Assembly (NCBI RefSeq): GCF_006345805.1
Contig: NC_043005.1
Span: 46,438,001 to 46,502,000, forward strand
Source: Octopus sinensis
Taxonomy: Eukaryota
Length of the DNA: 64,000 bases
Direction of reading: 5' to 3'
The translations under genes and the position numbers were made by a program. Each line of letters opens with the position of its first letter. The stretch's first letter is position 1. Below the pieces are notes generated by a model that was given only the letters and a program-made list of their open reading frames with translations, ran no database searches and was not told the DNA's origin. Shown piece after piece: positions 61,008-64,000 of this stretch.

Positions 61008-61202
61008 GATGTCTACTTCCTATACAGAGTCTGACCACCTCTTGTACCTACACCTTAGATCCATTATGGCGTCTGATTTGGCTTTTTAATCCAGACAACG
61101 TATTGAAAATACATCCACACAGATTCCGTAGCCGATTTGGAGCACCAAGAGCTGCAATTATGTTCTGACCTTTGTGGATTTCAAAATGTTTTTTGACGCC
61201 TC

Positions 61203-61390
61203 CATTACAGCAAACAAAAGACGAAGACAGGCGAAGGAACAACAAGCAGGTGTGTATTAATTTGATGTTCAGGAAGAATGGAAAAATCTTTGAAGTTTCG
61301 AATTTACGTTCTTCGACTGAAAGGATTGAGTGGAAAAAAGTGGAGAGTGAACGAAAAAAAGACAACAAAAAGAAAAAATAGAGAGAGAAA
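61203..61390 (-). mobile_element. Old diverged solo pLTR of the Neptune family with a decayed HHR
   Basis: Minus strand CCTTT-CAGTCGA-A-GAAC-gtaa-ATTC-GAAAC-TTC-AAAGA (61324-61287), then ttcctgaaca..taatac..cctgtcttcgtcttttgttt, as in the 15295 copy. Confidence 0.7.
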
Positions 61391-62030
61391 AATGTATAAG
61401 GATTAACGGTTCAACATGGTCAATAAATATCACACGCACACACACACACACACACAAACAAATAACAACGGATAGGTTGTGGTTCACCTACTACAGCTGT
61501 TTTAGATGTTTTTTTTTATTGATGAAAAAAATTATTACATAATGTGACAAAACCGTTTTTGCAGGTGGATGTAAGTACAAATTTAACATTTCAAATCATT
61601 TTGAAACTCAAGTAAGTGCCATTTCCTGATTCTCTGCCGAACATTGGTCAGAGAGTGATTAGATTCCTCTGGCATGTATTTTTTGAAGGAGAAGCCTTTA
61701 GGTGCATGGAGCGGGCCAGAGAAGAGTTGTTATGGTTGGAGAATGAATACGGAATAGTCCCCGTAACTTAGCAGTTCGGCAAAAGAGATCGATAGAATAA
61801 GTATTGGGCTTACAAAGAATAAGTCCTGAGGGTCGATTTCTTAGACTGAAAAGACCTTTAACGCTGATGTTCCAGCATGGCCGCAGTCAAACGAATGAAA
61901 TTTATGACGGTGAATTTACCGGATATGACTCGATCGACCCAACGGAAAACAACAGCCTAATCTCACCCCAAGAATTTAAAAGAATGAAAGCAAAGAATGC
62001 ATCCTAGTATTAATTAATTATAAAATTATA

Positions 62031-62241
62031 CTCTTTTACTCTTTTACTTGTTTCAGTCATTTGACTGTGGCCATGCTGGAGCACCACCTTTAGTCGAGCA
62101 CATCGACTCTAGGAATTATTCTTTGTAAGCCTAGTACTTATTCTATCGGTCTCTTTTGCCGAACCGCTAAGTTACAGGGACGTAAACACACCAGCATCGG
62201 TTGTCAAGCGATGTTGGGGTGACAAACACAGACACAAACAT

Positions 62242-62272
<31 letters not shown>

Positions 62273-62439
62273 CATCCGACGGGCTTCTTTCAGTTTCCGT
62301 CTACCAAATCCACTCACAAGGCTTTGGTCGGCCCGAGGCTATATTAAAAGACATTTGCCCAAGGTGCTACGCAGTGGGACTGAACCCGGAACCATGAAGT
62401 TCGTAAGCAAGCTACTTACCACACAGCCACTCCTACGCC
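62031..62439 (-). mobile_element. SINE type A, full length
   Basis: ctcttttactcttttacttgtttcagtc ... ttaccacacagccactcctacgcc. Confidence 0.92.
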
Positions 62440-62684
62440 TATATAATGGGATATTTTAAAACATTGAATGGCTTTGAGGGTCCAGCAGAATAAAATAAGA
62501 ATCAAATGTGTCCATAGGTTTAAAGTGATTCAAAAACACCGATTTAAAGCAATCTACAACATACATACATCAAAATTGGGCCCCGACACCCCTGAGAGTC
62601 CCTGGGCAGCTACCCGGAGTGCCCATGTTTTAAGATACCACATTCAGCTACTACATTCCCAGGATTTACCACACGATTGGATTA

Positions 62685-62940
62685 CAGGTTTACCGCTAAC
62701 AATTCATCGCAGGAGTGTTCACCGACATCCATTCATCGCAGGTAAGTTCACCACCATCAATTCATCGCAAGTAAGTTCACCATCAATTTATCGCAGCAGA
62801 GTTCCCTTATATCTCTGTAAACTTCTTTGCGGTGAACATTTCCTGCAGTGAACATTGCTTTCAGTGAACTTTCTTTGCGGAAAATTGATGGCGGTGAACT
62901 CCTCCTGCGGTGAATTGATGACGGTGAATTTACCGGATAT
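62685..62940. mobile_element. Fold-back MITE-like element built from short subterminal repeats
   Basis: The left half repeats attcatcgcag..aagttcacc; the right half repeats the inverse ggtgaac..tgcggtgaatt. Confidence 0.6.
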
Positions 62941-63539
62941 GACTCGATCGACCCAACGGAAAACAGCAGCCTAATCTCACCCCAATTTACACACTACCAT
63001 CTTAAAACAACGACTGTGTGGTTCTGGAGAACAGACATGATAATCATAGTGGGGCTGCCTCCGTCAGAGGTCTGTTCGATTAGGAATCAACTGAAGTTAA
63101 ACAAGAGTTTCAATCCCAGCGTCACATAAAACGCATGCACACACAGAACGCACTTATACACACAGACACACACACGCATATACACACATCCGCATAGATG
63201 CGCACACGCACACTTTCTGGCATCTCTTTCTCTCTACTCTTTCTCTTCTCCCTCTCTTCTGTCACACACCAAATTCCCGCTTTCTCTTCATTCAAATGCC
63301 ACCGATCTTTTCACTTAATATTTCCTTCTTTTCGTCCTCCTCGCCGCTCTTTTCTTCTTCTTCCTCTTCTTTTTCTTCTTCTACTTCTTCATGATGACCC
63401 GCTGTTATTGACAACGATGGACTAACTATACTCCTCCACCTCATTCTCCCTTCCTCCCTCCTTCCCTCCTTTACTTCTGATGCAATCTCTTTTCCATCTT
63501 CTTTCATCATGTTTGTTCAACTCTCCGCCGACCAAGACA

Positions 63540-63599
63540 CTGCAGATGTCGCTGCTGTGTTGCAAATGTCCAGTGTAGCACTGCAGCGACACCAGGCAG
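63540..63599 (+). ncRNA. Pre-miRNA-like hairpin candidate
   Basis: GTCGCTGC-t-GTGTTGCA-aatgtccag-TGTAGCAC-t-GCAGCGAC with basal CTGC/GCAG pairing; two G-U pairs form only on the plus strand. Confidence 0.4.
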
Positions 63600-64000
63600 A
63601 CTTTGTAAAGTAATTGTCACCTAAACACTCGCACACGTGCGCGCACACACTTCGAGCGCACGCGCACTCACACAAGCATACACGTAGCTACACACACATA
63701 ACTACTCATATGCATAAATACGTACAATCATATACACAAATTCACACATACACAAACATGAACACATATACGCATATACTTATGTACACGCAGATGCAGG
63801 CACACACATTAATTCATTTGCTCACACACTAATACTCAAGTGTTGACATAGCCTTATACGCGTACACACACGACGCGGATAACGACCAGGCAACCTACCC
63901 ACTCATATACACACCTATACGAACACATAAGCTGGTAAGTGTAGGCCATGATTTTTAGCCGCCCGAGGCGCTAACATTCGAATGGTTACTACAGCCACCG

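Overview
AT-rich, microsatellite-dense eukaryotic DNA. The SINE families and repeat style look like an octopus (coleoid cephalopod) genome; this is recognition, not a database result. I found no intact host protein-coding gene, rRNA, complete tRNA or CRISPR array, and most ORFs in the track are translated microsatellites. The window is mostly mobile DNA: four tRNA-headed SINE types; a 5'-truncated RTE LINE (27651-29658); RTE-BovB and R4/Dong-like fragments; decayed Tigger/pogo, maT and Tc1/mariner transposons; MITEs; and a nearly complete Neptune-type Penelope-like element (PLE, 33635-39902) in the typical partial-tandem pLTR layout. The main signal is a set of type I hammerhead ribozyme (HHR) motifs, read by hand on both strands, belonging to at least five unrelated sequence families: 15363, 35154, 39766 and 61287 (A6U core variant); 46524 and 49424; 24606 and 24930; 25294; 32220; 54295 and 54834; and a relic at 27021. 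Most lie in 200-900 bp non-coding elements inserted in or beside (TA)n tracts, and two are fold-back elements with one ribozyme on each strand facing outward. Also noted: a SINE whose tail matches the 3' end of the RTE in this window, modular SINE tail swapping, two pre-miRNA-like hairpins and a possible crooked-neck-like first exon. There is a 100-N gap at 50141-50240. All alignments and folds were done by eye, so element boundaries are approximate.
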